Positions 47,236 through 57,642 of a DNA stretch of 64,000 nucleotides are shown piece by piece. Source of the stretch: an uncultured Gammaproteobacteria bacterium (GTDB taxonomy: Bacteria > Patescibacteriota > Patescibacteriia > Magasanikbacterales > GWA2-37-8). Position 1 is the stretch's first letter; every line of letters begins with the position of its first letter. A program made the translations under genes and the position numbers. The stretch covers positions 477 to 64,476 of the forward strand of contig CAZINT010000002.1 of the NCBI GenBank assembly GCA_964540825.1. Reading direction: 5' to 3'. The notes below the pieces were generated by a model. It was not told where the DNA came from. It saw only the letters and a program-made list of their open reading frames with translations, and made no database searches.

Positions 47236-47865
47236 ATGCCCGCAGTTCAAAATCAATTCAAAAAGTCACTCCGTGCCTTGTGCCTCGTGGCAAGTGTCTT
47301 TACGCTCGTTTTTTTTGTACTTCAACAACCTTCGTTAGCAGCGGCCCAGGGAACAGACATTGTTCCACCAATTACCGAACAGCCTGATTTGCCGCCTCCG
47401 ACACCCCAGCCCGACGTACCGCCGCCAACAGCACAACCGGATGTAACTTTGCCTCAACCTGAGCCTCAACTTGTGCCGCCAATTACTCCGCAGCCTGATC
47501 TTCCGGTGCCAACCTACACCAATGCTCCCGTTGTCTCGGTTGCTTCCTGGGGTGATTTTATAGGGCTCGGCTCCACCGACCCGCGGCTTATCATTGCCCA
47601 ACTGATCCGTGTCGCTCTCAGTTTTTTAGGTATTGTGTTTTTAGTTATGATATTGCTTGCCGGTTTTACCTATTTAACTGCCGGTGGCAATGATGAGCGT
47701 GCTGCATCGGCCAAACACACCCTTTTCAATGCTATTATTGGTATCATCATTATCTTAAGCGCCAACAGTATCGTTATGTATGTAGTAAAAGCCTTCAATG
47801 GAACTACAGACGCGGCAGCCGTAACTTCGCCCGCCACGCCCACGGTAAATAATGTTGGGCTCTAA
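47236..47865 (+). CDS. secreted Pro-rich repeat protein with a C-terminal two-TM hairpin (VirB2/TrbC pilin-like)
   Basis: Signal peptide. PxPD[LV]PPP(T)xQPD repeats. The C-terminal ~100 aa has two hydrophobic helices with a Gly-rich turn. Confidence 0.5.
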   Translation: MPAVQNQFKKSLRALCLVASVFTLVFFVLQQPSLAAAQGTDIVPPITEQPDLPPPTPQPDVPPPTAQPDVTLPQPEPQLVPPITPQPDLPVPTYTNAPVVSVASWGDFIGLGSTDPRLIIAQLIRVALSFLGIVFLVMILLAGFTYLTAGGNDERAASAKHTLFNAIIGIIIILSANSIVMYVVKAFNGTTDAAAVTSPATPTVNNVGL

Positions 47866-47915
47866 AGAAAACTAAAAAACAAGCACTTTTTAAGTGCTTG
47901 TTTTTTAGATGCTAA

Positions 47916-48302
47916 TTAATTTCCAAGCATTTTTGACGCTTCCTCCATTGCTTCCGCGTAAGCTTTTTCAGCGGCCGCAAGCGCAGTTTTTGAATGATTT
48001 GCCTTTGCTTGAGCGCTCGCTTTTACGTAAGCTGTGTGCGCCGTGCTAATAAGTTCGAGATAGCCGGGTGGGGGAGCTAACTGTCCTTTAGCTACAGCGA
48101 CATTCGTCACAACCGCGGCAGCTGTCGGTGTCGTTTTTTTAACTGCAGTCTTTTTAACCGTTTGCTTGGTGGCGGTAACTTTTTTAGCTGCAGGAACTGA
48201 TTTTTTCGTGGCGGCGAAAGCGGGAGTGCCAAACGTTACTCCGACGAGCAGCAGGACTAAAAGAATTTTTTTCATAAACAGGCAGGTTAAAAGCTTAGAC
48301 AT
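47916..48302 (-). CDS. small secreted Ala/Lys-rich protein
   Basis: Signal peptide (MKKILLVLLLVGVTFGTPAFA). The start may be 48275. Confidence 0.5.
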   Translation of the reverse strand: MSKLLTCLFMKKILLVLLLVGVTFGTPAFAATKKSVPAAKKVTATKQTVKKTAVKKTTPTAAAVVTNVAVAKGQLAPPPGYLELISTAHTAYVKASAQAKANHSKTALAAAEKAYAEAMEEASKMLGN

Positions 48303-48392
48303 CCTAACACGGCCTCATTAAAATGAGCAAGACGCCATATTGTGATTTTGTTTAAAAATAGCTATACTAAGAGTAATTTACGTTTATCATTC

Positions 48393-49670
48393 ACTATGAA
48401 GCTGCTCAAATCAATCAAACGTTTCCTCAAAGGATGTGGCCCGGGTTTTATTACCGGCGCGTCAGACGATGATCCGTCCGGGATAGCCACATACTCTCAG
48501 ACCGGCGCACAATTTGGTTTTAGCCAGCTCTGGTTAACGATTTTAACTTTGCCGTTCATGATTGCGATTCAAGAAATGTGCGGGCGTATCGGACTTGTGA
48601 CCGGGCAAGGCCTCTCAGGAGTTATTAAAAAAAATTATGGCCGACCGCTTCTGTATGGCGCGGTAGCGATTCTTCTTGTTGCTAACACGATCAATATTGG
48701 CGCCGACCTTGGAGCCATGGCTTCCGCGCTCGGACTCGTTATCCCGCTTCCTTTTATTGTTTTACTTATTTTGATTACAGTCCTCACGCTTGTCCTCGAA
48801 ATTTTTGTTTCTTACCACGTGTATGTTAAGTATTTAAAGTACTTAGCATTATCGCTGTGTGCTTATATTGTAACCGTGTTTGTTATCAAACTTGATTGGC
48901 GTGTAGTGGCTGTTTCAACATTAGTGCCCCATGTTACGTGGAGTAAAGAATATTTATTTAATATCGTTGCGCTGCTTGGTACAACGATTTCCCCATATTT
49001 ATTTTTTTGGCAAGCAGATGAAGAGGTGGAAGAAGAAATTGATCATAAAAAAATTCAAGCATTTGGCGAGGGAAAGCCTCGCGTTACTAAGCGTGACATT
49101 GCCAGCATGAAAAGTGATACCGTTATTGGTATGTTATTTTCCAATATCATCACTTTTTTTATTATTGTAACAGCTGCCGGAACACTCGGCGCCAACGGCG
49201 TCACGTCTATCACTACCGCCACTGAAGCTGCCGAAGCCCTGCGTCCGCTTGCCGGAAATTTTGCCTTTATTCTGTTTACTATTGGGATTATCGGAACCGG
49301 TCTCCTGACGGTGCCGGTACTTTCCGGTTCTGCTTCGTATGCTATAGCAGAGGCAGTCGGTTGGAAATCAGGTTTATACCGAAAATTATCCGAGGCTCAT
49401 GGTTTTTATGGAGTTATCACACTCGCCACGCTGGTTGGCTTGCTCGTCAATTTTGTCGGTATCCCGCCGTTTAAAATGCTCTATTACACCGCCGTGCTTA
49501 ATGGTGTTGTGGCGCCACCCCTCATGATTTTAATTTTATGTCTGGCCAATAATAAAAAGGTGATGGGGCATCGTACTAACTCCACGCTTTCCAATATTTT
49601 CGGAATCATCATTACACTTATTATGTCATTGGCTGGTCTTACACTTATTGGTTCATATTTTATACACTAG
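48393..49670 (+). CDS. mntH: NRAMP-family divalent metal (Mn2+/Fe2+) transporter
   Basis: GPGFITGASDDDPSG N-terminal signature. 11 TM helices. Confidence 0.85.
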   Translation, partial: TMKLLKSIKRFLKGCGPGFITGASDDDPSGIATYSQTGAQFGFSQLWLTILTLPFMIAIQEMCGRIGLVTGQGLSGVIKKNYGRPLLYGAVAILLVANTINIGADLGAMASALGLVIPLPFIVLLILITVLTLVLEIFVSYHVYVKYLKYLALSLCAYIVTVFVIKLDWRVVAVSTLVPHVTWSKEYLFNIVALLGTTISPYLFFWQADEEVEEEIDHKKIQAFGEGKPRVTKRDIASMKSDTVIGMLFSNIITFFIIVTAAGTLGANGVTSITTATEAAEALRPLAGNFAFILFTIGIIGTGLLTVPVLSGSASYAIAEAVGWKSGLYRKLSEAHGFYGVITLATLVGLLVNFVGIPPFKMLYYTAVLNGVVAPPLMILILCLANNKKVMGHRTNSTLSNIFGIIITLIMSLAGLTLIGSYFIH

Positions 49671-50565
49671 GACTCGGGTTGTGCGCTTCGCAAAGTATCT
49701 TCAAAAACTCATTACGCTTTTATTGTTTATTGTCCTCGCGGTGCTGCTGGGGACAATTGGGTATAAAGTATCAGCGCTTCGTGCGAAAAAAACACCTGTC
49801 ACAGAGCATGGACCCCGAACGCTCCCGATAGTTTTTTTGCTGCCCCACCAAGATGATGAAATGTTTATGGCTGGTGCTATGCAGCAGGCGCTGGCGAGCG
49901 GCAGGGAAGTGTACGTGGTTATGGTAACTGACGGATCGAATTCACGGGCGCGCCACATTATTAATGGGCAGGATGCCGGCGAGCATCCCGTTATGGATAC
50001 CGTCTATCATTATATCCACCGGCCGCTGCGTGAAGGGTATGCGCCGCTCGATAGACGCATGTTTGCCGAAGCGCGTAACAAAGAATACGCGGCTTCCGTT
50101 GCGGCGCTGGGTGTTTCGCCGGGGCATATTTGGTTTGCTAACCCTGGAAAAATTGCCGGATCTGATTCACCGCGTTTTGTTAATGATCAGCTAACAACTG
50201 CAAGCGCAACCGATGCCATCAATCAAGTATTCAAAATCGTGGGGGACGGCACCTACGCTACAGTCGCCGCCAATTTGGGTATGATTAACGCTCAACACGG
50301 CGATCATTATGCGCTTCGTGAAGCGCTTCGTACTTATACGGGTATTCGTGAAAAGCAATTCTTTTCCGAAAAGACAAATACCGGAAATGCGGTGCCATTG
50401 ACCCCTGCCGAGATAGCTCGTAAGCGTAAGGCCTTGGCTAACTATTTTGTATGGAATCCAAAAAAAGGACGTTTTGCCGTTGGAGAGCATTCGGTGCTCA
50501 TGCTTTTGGAGCGCTGGTCCAAAAATCCTTTTGAGTATGTTATTGATAGCACTGATCTTAAGTAA
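49648..50565 (+). CDS. PIG-L/LmbE family N-acetylglucosaminyl deacetylase
   Basis: LLPHQDDEMF (PHxDDE zinc-binding motif) after an N-terminal TM anchor. Confidence 0.7.
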   Translation: MVHILYTRTRVVRFAKYLQKLITLLLFIVLAVLLGTIGYKVSALRAKKTPVTEHGPRTLPIVFLLPHQDDEMFMAGAMQQALASGREVYVVMVTDGSNSRARHIINGQDAGEHPVMDTVYHYIHRPLREGYAPLDRRMFAEARNKEYAASVAALGVSPGHIWFANPGKIAGSDSPRFVNDQLTTASATDAINQVFKIVGDGTYATVAANLGMINAQHGDHYALREALRTYTGIREKQFFSEKTNTGNAVPLTPAEIARKRKALANYFVWNPKKGRFAVGEHSVLMLLERWSKNPFEYVIDSTDLK

Positions 50566-50631
50566 TCAGTAAAAAGCACATTTTAGTTACGGCTTTACGT
50601 TTTGAGCTTGTTTTGCTAGAATAAGCCCATT

Positions 50632-51306
50632 ATGGACTCTGGAATTCTCTATATTGTAGCTACACCAATCGGTAACCTCAGCGATTTTACCGAACGCGGG
50701 ATATCGACGCTGCGCGATGTCGATCTTATTTTATGCGAAGATACGCGCGTTACTAAAAATTTGCTAACTCATTTTGGCATTACTGCTCAGACAATGAGTT
50801 ATCATCAGCACAGTGATGTTAAAAAAATAAAAGAAATTGTTGCATTGCTTGAGGAGGGTAAAGATATTGCTCTGGTCACCGATGCCGGTACCCCGGGAAT
50901 CAGTGATCCGGGAAATGTCTTGGTAGAGGCAGTGCTCAAATTTAATCCCTCTACCCAAGTTATTCCTATTCCCGGCGTTGCGGCGGTGACTGCCGCCCTA
51001 TCTATTTCCGGCTTTCAAACTGACAAATTTTTATTCTTGGGTTTTCCGCCGCACAAAACAAAACGCCAGAAATTTTTTAAAGAGGCTGCCGAAAGTCCGT
51101 ATACAATAGCGTTTTACGAATCGGGGCATCGCATTAAAAAATGTCTTGATGAACTGCCTCATTTTTTTGAGCCAAGTCAAAGAATTATGGTTTGCCGTGA
51201 ACTTACTAAAAAATTTGAAACCACCTACCGCGCAACCATTGCTACTATTGGGGAACAGATGAAAGATGATAGAGGGGAATTTGTGATCGTAATTTCTAAA
51301 ATATGA
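50632..51306 (+). CDS. rsmI: 16S rRNA (cytidine1402-2'-O)-methyltransferase
   Basis: ILYIVATPIGNLSD…LCEDTR tetrapyrrole-methylase-like RsmI motifs. Confidence 0.85.
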   Translation: MDSGILYIVATPIGNLSDFTERGISTLRDVDLILCEDTRVTKNLLTHFGITAQTMSYHQHSDVKKIKEIVALLEEGKDIALVTDAGTPGISDPGNVLVEAVLKFNPSTQVIPIPGVAAVTAALSISGFQTDKFLFLGFPPHKTKRQKFFKEAAESPYTIAFYESGHRIKKCLDELPHFFEPSQRIMVCRELTKKFETTYRATIATIGEQMKDDRGEFVIVISKI

Positions 51307-51650
51307 AACCTCGTTCACTCGAAGAGCTCGATGCGCTTCGCGCTGATATAAAAATGGCTGCTCGCCAAGAAGCACTTAAACGACCGCTGCCCGATAAATT
51401 CTTCAATGGACTTTTTAGAGAATTCTTCAGTAAGAATAATCTGCATGTTCGATGGATCTGTAAAGATACCGATGACACCGATAATCCGGGGTATACTATT
51501 GATTTTTGCAGCGCAAGCGGAAACGTACTTAAAAAAGTGGAATTTAAACACGGAGAAGAAAGCAAGGCGGCAGAAGCGTATGAACATATGATTAAAGAAG
51601 CGGAAAAGTATGATACGCTGACACCGCCATCTAGAAAGCCTAAAAAATAA
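51303..51650 (+). CDS. hypothetical protein (115 aa)
   Basis: 4-nt overlap with rsmI and a 3-nt gap to metG. No family recognised. Confidence 0.45.
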   Translation: MKPRSLEELDALRADIKMAARQEALKRPLPDKFFNGLFREFFSKNNLHVRWICKDTDDTDNPGYTIDFCSASGNVLKKVEFKHGEESKAAEAYEHMIKEAEKYDTLTPPSRKPKK

Positions 51651-51652
51651 TT

Positions 51653-53200
51653 ATGAAAAAACCTTATTTTCTTTCAACTGCTATTCCGTACGCGAGCGCC
51701 GCGCCGCATATCGGCCATGCGATTGAATTTTTATACGCAGATGTCATGGCTCGGTATCAGCGCCTCCTTGGTAACGAAGTCTTTTTTTTAACTGGTACCG
51801 ATGAACATGGGCTTAAAGTCGTGAAAACTGCGGCTGATTTTGGCTTGTCTCCTGACAATTATGCGGCCAAGATGTCAGCTCTCTATCAAAACCTCGCGGA
51901 TACGTGGAATATTTCGAACTCGGATTTTATTCGCACAACCGAAGAGCGCCATAAATTAGGAGCCCAGAAATTTTGGAGTGCGGTGGCATCAAACGGGGAT
52001 ATTTATAAAAAAGCATACACAGGACTCTATTGCATTGGTTGTGAAAGTTTCAAAACGGAAAAAGATTTAGTTGACGGCAAATGCCCGGATCACCACACAG
52101 TTCCCGAATTGCTGACAGAAGAAAATTATTTTTTCCGTTTATCGCGCTACCAAGAACCGCTCGAATTTTTGTTCAAAAATAATCCCGCCTTTGTTACCCC
52201 GGAAAGTAAATACAAAGAAGTCTACAACATGCTTAAAAGTGGTCTTGAGGACGTGAGTATTTCACGTGTTAAAGAAAAGCTCGCCTGGGGTGTACCGGTT
52301 CCAGGCGATGATACTCAGGTGATGTATGTTTGGTTTGATGCGCTCACTAATTATATTACTGCGCTTGGGTATGGGAGTGCTGACGAAAGTTTGTTCAAAC
52401 ACTATTGGCCCGGGACGCATTTGGTAGGTAAAGAAATCAATCGTTTTCATTCACTTCTGTGGCCGGCCATGCTGATGGCTGCCGGGCTTGAGCCGCCGAA
52501 GCAAATTGCCGTACACGGCTGGATTACGGTCGAAGGTCAAAAGATGAGCAAGACTATTGGTAATGTTATTAATCCCCTTGAATTAACCGAACAGCTTCCG
52601 CTTGAAGCGGTCCGTTATTTCCTTATGCGCGAAATTCCGTTTGATAATGATGGTGATTTTTCGCGTGCTAAATTTTTGGAACGCTACCAGGGAGACCTGG
52701 CTAATGGCGTCGGAAATTTAACTAACCGTATTTTAACGATGGTTGAAAAATATTGCGAAAGCGTCGTTCCGCAAGTTTCCACGGTAAATACCGAGTTGAT
52801 CAATTTTTTAAGTGCCAAAATTTGGCCAGCCTACACCGAAGCTATGAACCGCTGGCGCTTTGATCATGCGCTTGAAGAAGTGATGCGTTTTGTGACGCAT
52901 TGTGATCAGCTTATTTCCGACAAACAACCGTGGGCACTGGCAAAGCAAGGCGAAACTATTTTGGTGAATGACCTCCTTCATCATTTGGTGGAAAGCTTGC
53001 GTCATATTGCGCTTATGCTATGGCCGATAATTCCTGAGACTGCGGAAAGCATTTTGCGCCAACTTGGCCTCGAAGTCGAAAAAGAATTTGCGAAACCGCT
53101 TAGCGAATTACATCAGTGGGTGGAACTCGTAGTCGGTAATAAAATTACTAAGACTGCAATGCTCTTCCCGCGTCTTGAAGAAGCTGCTCCAAAAAAATAA
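51653..53200 (+). CDS. metG: methionine--tRNA ligase
   Basis: HIGH motif (PHIGHA), KMSKT motif and a Zn knuckle (CIGCESF…CPDH). Confidence 0.9.
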   Translation: MKKPYFLSTAIPYASAAPHIGHAIEFLYADVMARYQRLLGNEVFFLTGTDEHGLKVVKTAADFGLSPDNYAAKMSALYQNLADTWNISNSDFIRTTEERHKLGAQKFWSAVASNGDIYKKAYTGLYCIGCESFKTEKDLVDGKCPDHHTVPELLTEENYFFRLSRYQEPLEFLFKNNPAFVTPESKYKEVYNMLKSGLEDVSISRVKEKLAWGVPVPGDDTQVMYVWFDALTNYITALGYGSADESLFKHYWPGTHLVGKEINRFHSLLWPAMLMAAGLEPPKQIAVHGWITVEGQKMSKTIGNVINPLELTEQLPLEAVRYFLMREIPFDNDGDFSRAKFLERYQGDLANGVGNLTNRILTMVEKYCESVVPQVSTVNTELINFLSAKIWPAYTEAMNRWRFDHALEEVMRFVTHCDQLISDKQPWALAKQGETILVNDLLHHLVESLRHIALMLWPIIPETAESILRQLGLEVEKEFAKPLSELHQWVELVVGNKITKTAMLFPRLEEAAPKK

Positions 53201-53221
53201 TTTTAATTTTAATATAACAAT

Positions 53222-53812
53222 ATGCCAGTGGGGGACATAGTGATTATCGTGGTAGTCGCACTTTTTGCGCTATCAGGGCTTCGTTCGGGATTTATCAAAA
53301 CCTTGGGGTCGCTCCTTGGTACAATTCTCGGGGTGTATATTGCCGGTCATTACTATGCGCCGCTGACTGACCTGCTTGTCAAATTCACCGGTTGGGCACC
53401 GAATTTTATTCGCATTGTTGTCTTCTTGCTCTTGTTCATTATCAGCAATCGTCTTATAGGGCTCTTGTTCTGGTTTATCAATAAAGCAATAGGCATAATT
53501 ACTCGGCTCCCATTTCTGAGTACTATTGATCATGTTCTCGGAGCGGTTGTCGGTTTTGTGGAGGGTGTCTTAGTAGTTGGAATTGCTATTTTCTTTATTA
53601 CGCGGTATCCTCCGAGCCAAGGCTTTATGACTAAGCTTGGCGAGTCAAAAATGGCGCCGAAGGCTGTGCAGGCAGCGTCGTTTCTGTGGCCGCTCTTGCC
53701 GAAAGAATTGGTCGATCTCGTCGGAGATGTGGCAGGAATAAAACTGCCGAACGGTTTATCGCTGCCCAAGGATTTTGACTGGAAAAACATGGTCAGTACT
53801 ACCAAAAAATAA
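53222..53812 (+). CDS. CvpA family membrane protein
   Basis: Four TM helices with the CvpA-like N-terminus (DIVIIVVVALFALSGLRSGFIK). Confidence 0.65.
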   Translation: MPVGDIVIIVVVALFALSGLRSGFIKTLGSLLGTILGVYIAGHYYAPLTDLLVKFTGWAPNFIRIVVFLLLFIISNRLIGLLFWFINKAIGIITRLPFLSTIDHVLGAVVGFVEGVLVVGIAIFFITRYPPSQGFMTKLGESKMAPKAVQAASFLWPLLPKELVDLVGDVAGIKLPNGLSLPKDFDWKNMVSTTKK

Positions 53813-53837
53813 TCTATTATTTATCTGATGTAATTTT

Positions 53838-54578
53838 ATGGAAACGATTACGAACAAAGGTTTATCACGTTTTGGCATGATTTTAGCGCTTGGCCTTATC
53901 ATCGTTGCAATCATTGCCGCAGCCACGTTTTATCGCTCTAAAAGTCTTGGTGATACGGTAAGTGTTACCGGATCATCGCAAACTAAAATTCACTCTGACA
54001 TGGTAAAATGGCGCAGTACGTTCTCACACAATGTTGATGTTAAAGATTTGCAAGACGGATATGCACGCATGAAATGGGAGGCGGGCACAATTACAACATA
54101 CCTCAAACAAAACAAAATTACCGACGATCAGATTACGATTAACCCGGTCAGTATTTATCCGCAATACGAACAAACCAACTTTGGCAGTACCGGAAAAATT
54201 ATCGGCTATACATTATCCCAGCAAGTAATTGTTGACTCAAGTGATGTTGACGGTATTACCAAACTTGCCAAAGACTCCGGAACGCTTATTAATCAGGGAA
54301 TTTTCTTTACCAGCGACCCGTTAGAATACTATTTCTCGAAACTTAATGATCTAAAACTCGACATGCTTGCCGAAGCAACCAAAAACGCCAAAGATCGTGC
54401 TCAAAAAATTGCGGAAAGTAGCGGCGCTAAGGTAGGGAGCATGCGTTCAGCTGACATGGGTGTCTTTCAGGTGATGGCGCTCAACTCGGCTGATGTTTCT
54501 GATTATGGCACCTTTGATACATCCTCAATTGATAAAAATGTGATGGCCGTTGTTCGCGCCTCATTCTCTTTGCGCTAG
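53838..54578 (+). CDS. SIMPL (DUF541) domain protein, membrane-anchored
   Basis: N-terminal TM anchor followed by a SIMPL-like pattern (TVSVTGSSQTKI…). Confidence 0.5.
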   Translation: METITNKGLSRFGMILALGLIIVAIIAAATFYRSKSLGDTVSVTGSSQTKIHSDMVKWRSTFSHNVDVKDLQDGYARMKWEAGTITTYLKQNKITDDQITINPVSIYPQYEQTNFGSTGKIIGYTLSQQVIVDSSDVDGITKLAKDSGTLINQGIFFTSDPLEYYFSKLNDLKLDMLAEATKNAKDRAQKIAESSGAKVGSMRSADMGVFQVMALNSADVSDYGTFDTSSIDKNVMAVVRASFSLR

Positions 54579-54581
54579 GCT

Positions 54582-55232
54582 ATGACTCTCGCCAAAAAGA
54601 AAGGGGTCATTCTTCTTATCGCCCCAATTACAGTGCTAATTGTAGTCTTAGTCTCCTATGGGGTGGCAAATTATTTTTTGTCTCGAAGTATTGCGCTTCC
54701 GCCTGAAGGAACAATTGGATTAGCGCAGGCTTCACTGAACACAGCTGTTTTTCAGATGACAAAAGTTACTCTTGGTCTTTTAGGGACCGCGGCAGTTGCA
54801 AGTATGTTTATCTGCTGGCCGCTTGGAATTTATTTTTTGGCTAAAAAAGAACATGGTGATCAAGAAGTTATTAAGCTTCAAACACAAGACCAGTATCAAA
54901 ACTTAACCACTGAACAAATAGCTTTTATCCAAAAGTGGTCCTGGGGCGCTTTCTTCTCACCGTTTGTGTGGACACTGGGTAACAAGCTGTATCTGTGGGC
55001 TGTCGGAACACTCGTGCCGCTTTTTGGAATATATGCTTGGATAAAACTTGCAAGCAGCGGCCGGGAAATGGCGTGGGTACAAAAAGGATGGACCGGTTTT
55101 GAGCAGTTTAAAAAACGTCAAAAGATAATGATGCTTATTATTATAGTAGTAACCATCTTAGCCATAGGTGGAAAAATAATCGGTTTTTCTTTTTCTACAA
55201 AAAATCAACCGGGACTGACAATTTCCAATTAA
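54582..55232 (+). CDS. hypothetical membrane protein (5 TM)
   Basis: Hydrophobicity only. Confidence 0.45.
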   Translation: MTLAKKKGVILLIAPITVLIVVLVSYGVANYFLSRSIALPPEGTIGLAQASLNTAVFQMTKVTLGLLGTAAVASMFICWPLGIYFLAKKEHGDQEVIKLQTQDQYQNLTTEQIAFIQKWSWGAFFSPFVWTLGNKLYLWAVGTLVPLFGIYAWIKLASSGREMAWVQKGWTGFEQFKKRQKIMMLIIIVVTILAIGGKIIGFSFSTKNQPGLTISN

Positions 55233-55242
55233 TATCAAGGTT

Positions 55243-56121
55243 ATGTCTCACCCTGCCAAGCTTATTGATACGCACTGTCATGTTCACTTTAATGCCTTTA
55301 AGCTTGATAGCGATGAGGTTGTCAGACGTGCTCTGGAAAAAGGAGTGATCATGAATTTAGTTGGTACTCAGCGAGATACCAGTAAAAACGGTGTGGTGAT
55401 GGCAGAAAAATATGATGGAGTATATGCGAGTGTAGGATTGCACCCGGTCCATTTGCATTCGCAGCACTTAGATGAAGAAGAATCTTCTTTTAATACTCGT
55501 GAAGAAGATTTTGATTATGAGTATTATAAAGAATTAACCAAGAGTCCCAAAACAATCGCGATCGGGGAGTGTGGGCTTGACCTGTATCGTATCCCTGAAG
55601 GAATTTCTAAGGAAGCAGTACTTGTCAAGCAGCAAGCCGTTTTTCGCGAACATGTTCGCCTGGCGTTTGAAACCGGACTACCGCTCGCCATTCACGTGCG
55701 TGACGCTTATCAGGAAATGATCGATCTTTTAAAAGAAGAGCTGGCTCAGCGCGGACAAACGCAAGTACGGGGAGTGATTCATTGCTATATCGGTAATTGG
55801 CATTTTGCCGAGCAACTTTTGGCGCTCGGACTGTATCTTGGTTTTACTGGCATTATTACCTTTCCGCCCAAAAAGAGCGACCCGACTGCCCAAGTAGCAC
55901 TTCTCGAGGTTGTTAAAAATTGCCCGCTTGACCGGATGGTGCTTGAAACGGATTCGCCGTACTTGGCTCCGATTCCATATCGTGGTAAGCGGGCGGAACC
56001 TTGGATGGTAGAAGAGGTCGCAAAAAAAATTGCTGCTGTAAAAATGTGCGATGCAGAACTGGTGCGCAAAACGACCACGCGAAACGCTAGCGCACTCTTT
56101 AATCTTTCAGTATCAAGCTGA
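55243..56121 (+). CDS. tatD: TatD family metal-dependent hydrolase (DNase)
   Basis: IDTHCHVHF start motif. Conserved His and Asp (GECGLD…HCY…ETDSPYL). Confidence 0.8.
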   Translation: MSHPAKLIDTHCHVHFNAFKLDSDEVVRRALEKGVIMNLVGTQRDTSKNGVVMAEKYDGVYASVGLHPVHLHSQHLDEEESSFNTREEDFDYEYYKELTKSPKTIAIGECGLDLYRIPEGISKEAVLVKQQAVFREHVRLAFETGLPLAIHVRDAYQEMIDLLKEELAQRGQTQVRGVIHCYIGNWHFAEQLLALGLYLGFTGIITFPPKKSDPTAQVALLEVVKNCPLDRMVLETDSPYLAPIPYRGKRAEPWMVEEVAKKIAAVKMCDAELVRKTTTRNASALFNLSVSS

Positions 56122-56179
56122 TTTATTCACAGTAAAAAGTACTTGACTTTATCGTTAAAAACCACTAATATAGTGGCCT

Positions 56180-56449
56180 ATGGACCAGAAACCTACACCA
56201 GTCTTTGACCCATCTGACCGTAAATACTATCTTTTTGCACTTAAGGTTGTAGGTGATTTTGGTGCAAATATTGCTGTTCCCGTAGTTATTTTCGTTCTTC
56301 TTGGTCAATTCTTAGAAAAAAGATACGGTTTTGCCCCGTATGGAACAGTTGCCGGTTTTGTTATAGCGGCTATTATTTCCGGGGTAATCATCTTCCGTAA
56401 GGCCAAAGAGTACGGTACTCAGTATCAAGAGCTGATTAAGAAAAAGTAA
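56180..56449 (+). CDS. atpZ: AtpZ/AtpI-like small membrane protein preceding the F-ATPase operon
   Basis: Two TM helices. Sits immediately upstream of atpB. Confidence 0.5.
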   Translation: MDQKPTPVFDPSDRKYYLFALKVVGDFGANIAVPVVIFVLLGQFLEKRYGFAPYGTVAGFVIAAIISGVIIFRKAKEYGTQYQELIKKK

Positions 56450-56459
56450 TACTGCACGT

Positions 56460-57245
56460 ATGAGTCAAGTACATATTCCCACCTTAGCGCCTGAAACCCT
56501 TTTTCACATTGGGCCCCTTCCGGTTACCAATACCATTATAAACGCGTGGATCGCGCTTTTTATTTTTTTAATCGTTGGTTTGGTTTTGCGTAAACGCCTG
56601 GCGCTGCGCCCGGGCAAAATGCAGAACTCGATGGAATACTTTTTGGAAATTTTGCTCGGCTATTTTGATCAGGTAACGGGGTCGCGCGCCAAGACGATGC
56701 GTTTTTTGCCGATTGCGGGTTCAGTTTTCTTTTTTATTCTCCTTTCAAATTGGTTAGGTTTATTACCGGGCACTGGCAGTATTACGCTGGGTCATGACTT
56801 TTTGCTTCGTCCGGCTAACACGGATTTAAACCTTACCCTCGCCATGGCACTGGTCACCGTTGTGTCGTCACATATTTACGGTTTGTTTGCGGTCGGGTTC
56901 TTTACCCATATCAATAAATTCATTCAGATCGGTTCTATTTTCAAAAGTTTGCGTAAAGGTCCGATCGCTATTTTTACCGCGCTCGTCGAATTTGCTGTCG
57001 GTCTTATTGAAATTGTGAGTGAAATGTCCAAAGTATTGTCGCTCTCGCTTCGTCTGTTCGGTAATATTTTTGCCGGGGAAGTACTCATTACGGTTATTAC
57101 CAGTATTGTCGCCGTAGTTGTTCCAACACCGTTCATGCTGTTGGAATTGCTCGTAGGCATTATCCAAGCATCTGTTTTTGCTATTCTGACCATTGTGTAC
57201 ATGACCGTAGCGTCGAGCGAACCGCACGGAGCAGAAGAACATTAA
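56460..57245 (+). CDS. atpB: F0F1 ATP synthase subunit a
   Basis: Conserved Arg-containing helix (LSLRLFGNIFAGE). Confidence 0.85.
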   Translation: MSQVHIPTLAPETLFHIGPLPVTNTIINAWIALFIFLIVGLVLRKRLALRPGKMQNSMEYFLEILLGYFDQVTGSRAKTMRFLPIAGSVFFFILLSNWLGLLPGTGSITLGHDFLLRPANTDLNLTLAMALVTVVSSHIYGLFAVGFFTHINKFIQIGSIFKSLRKGPIAIFTALVEFAVGLIEIVSEMSKVLSLSLRLFGNIFAGEVLITVITSIVAVVVPTPFMLLELLVGIIQASVFAILTIVYMTVASSEPHGAEEH

Positions 57246-57376
57246 TTAGTATCAGCAGCGCAGTACCTGTGGAAGTACCGCTCTGCTCTATTAATTAATT
57301 GGTAAGAGGTGAATCGGGAGTGCACGTAACGCCGTGCTACGCTGTACCTTCACTTCAAACGCGTTATTACCAGTAA

Positions 57377-57619
<243 letters not shown>

Positions 57620-57642
57620 AAGTATTTCGATCGATCGGGTTT

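Noticed and set aside
48290-48395. Looked for a Mn (yybP-ykoY) riboswitch upstream of the NRAMP gene
   Set aside because: No conserved riboswitch core or stable multi-stem structure is visible.
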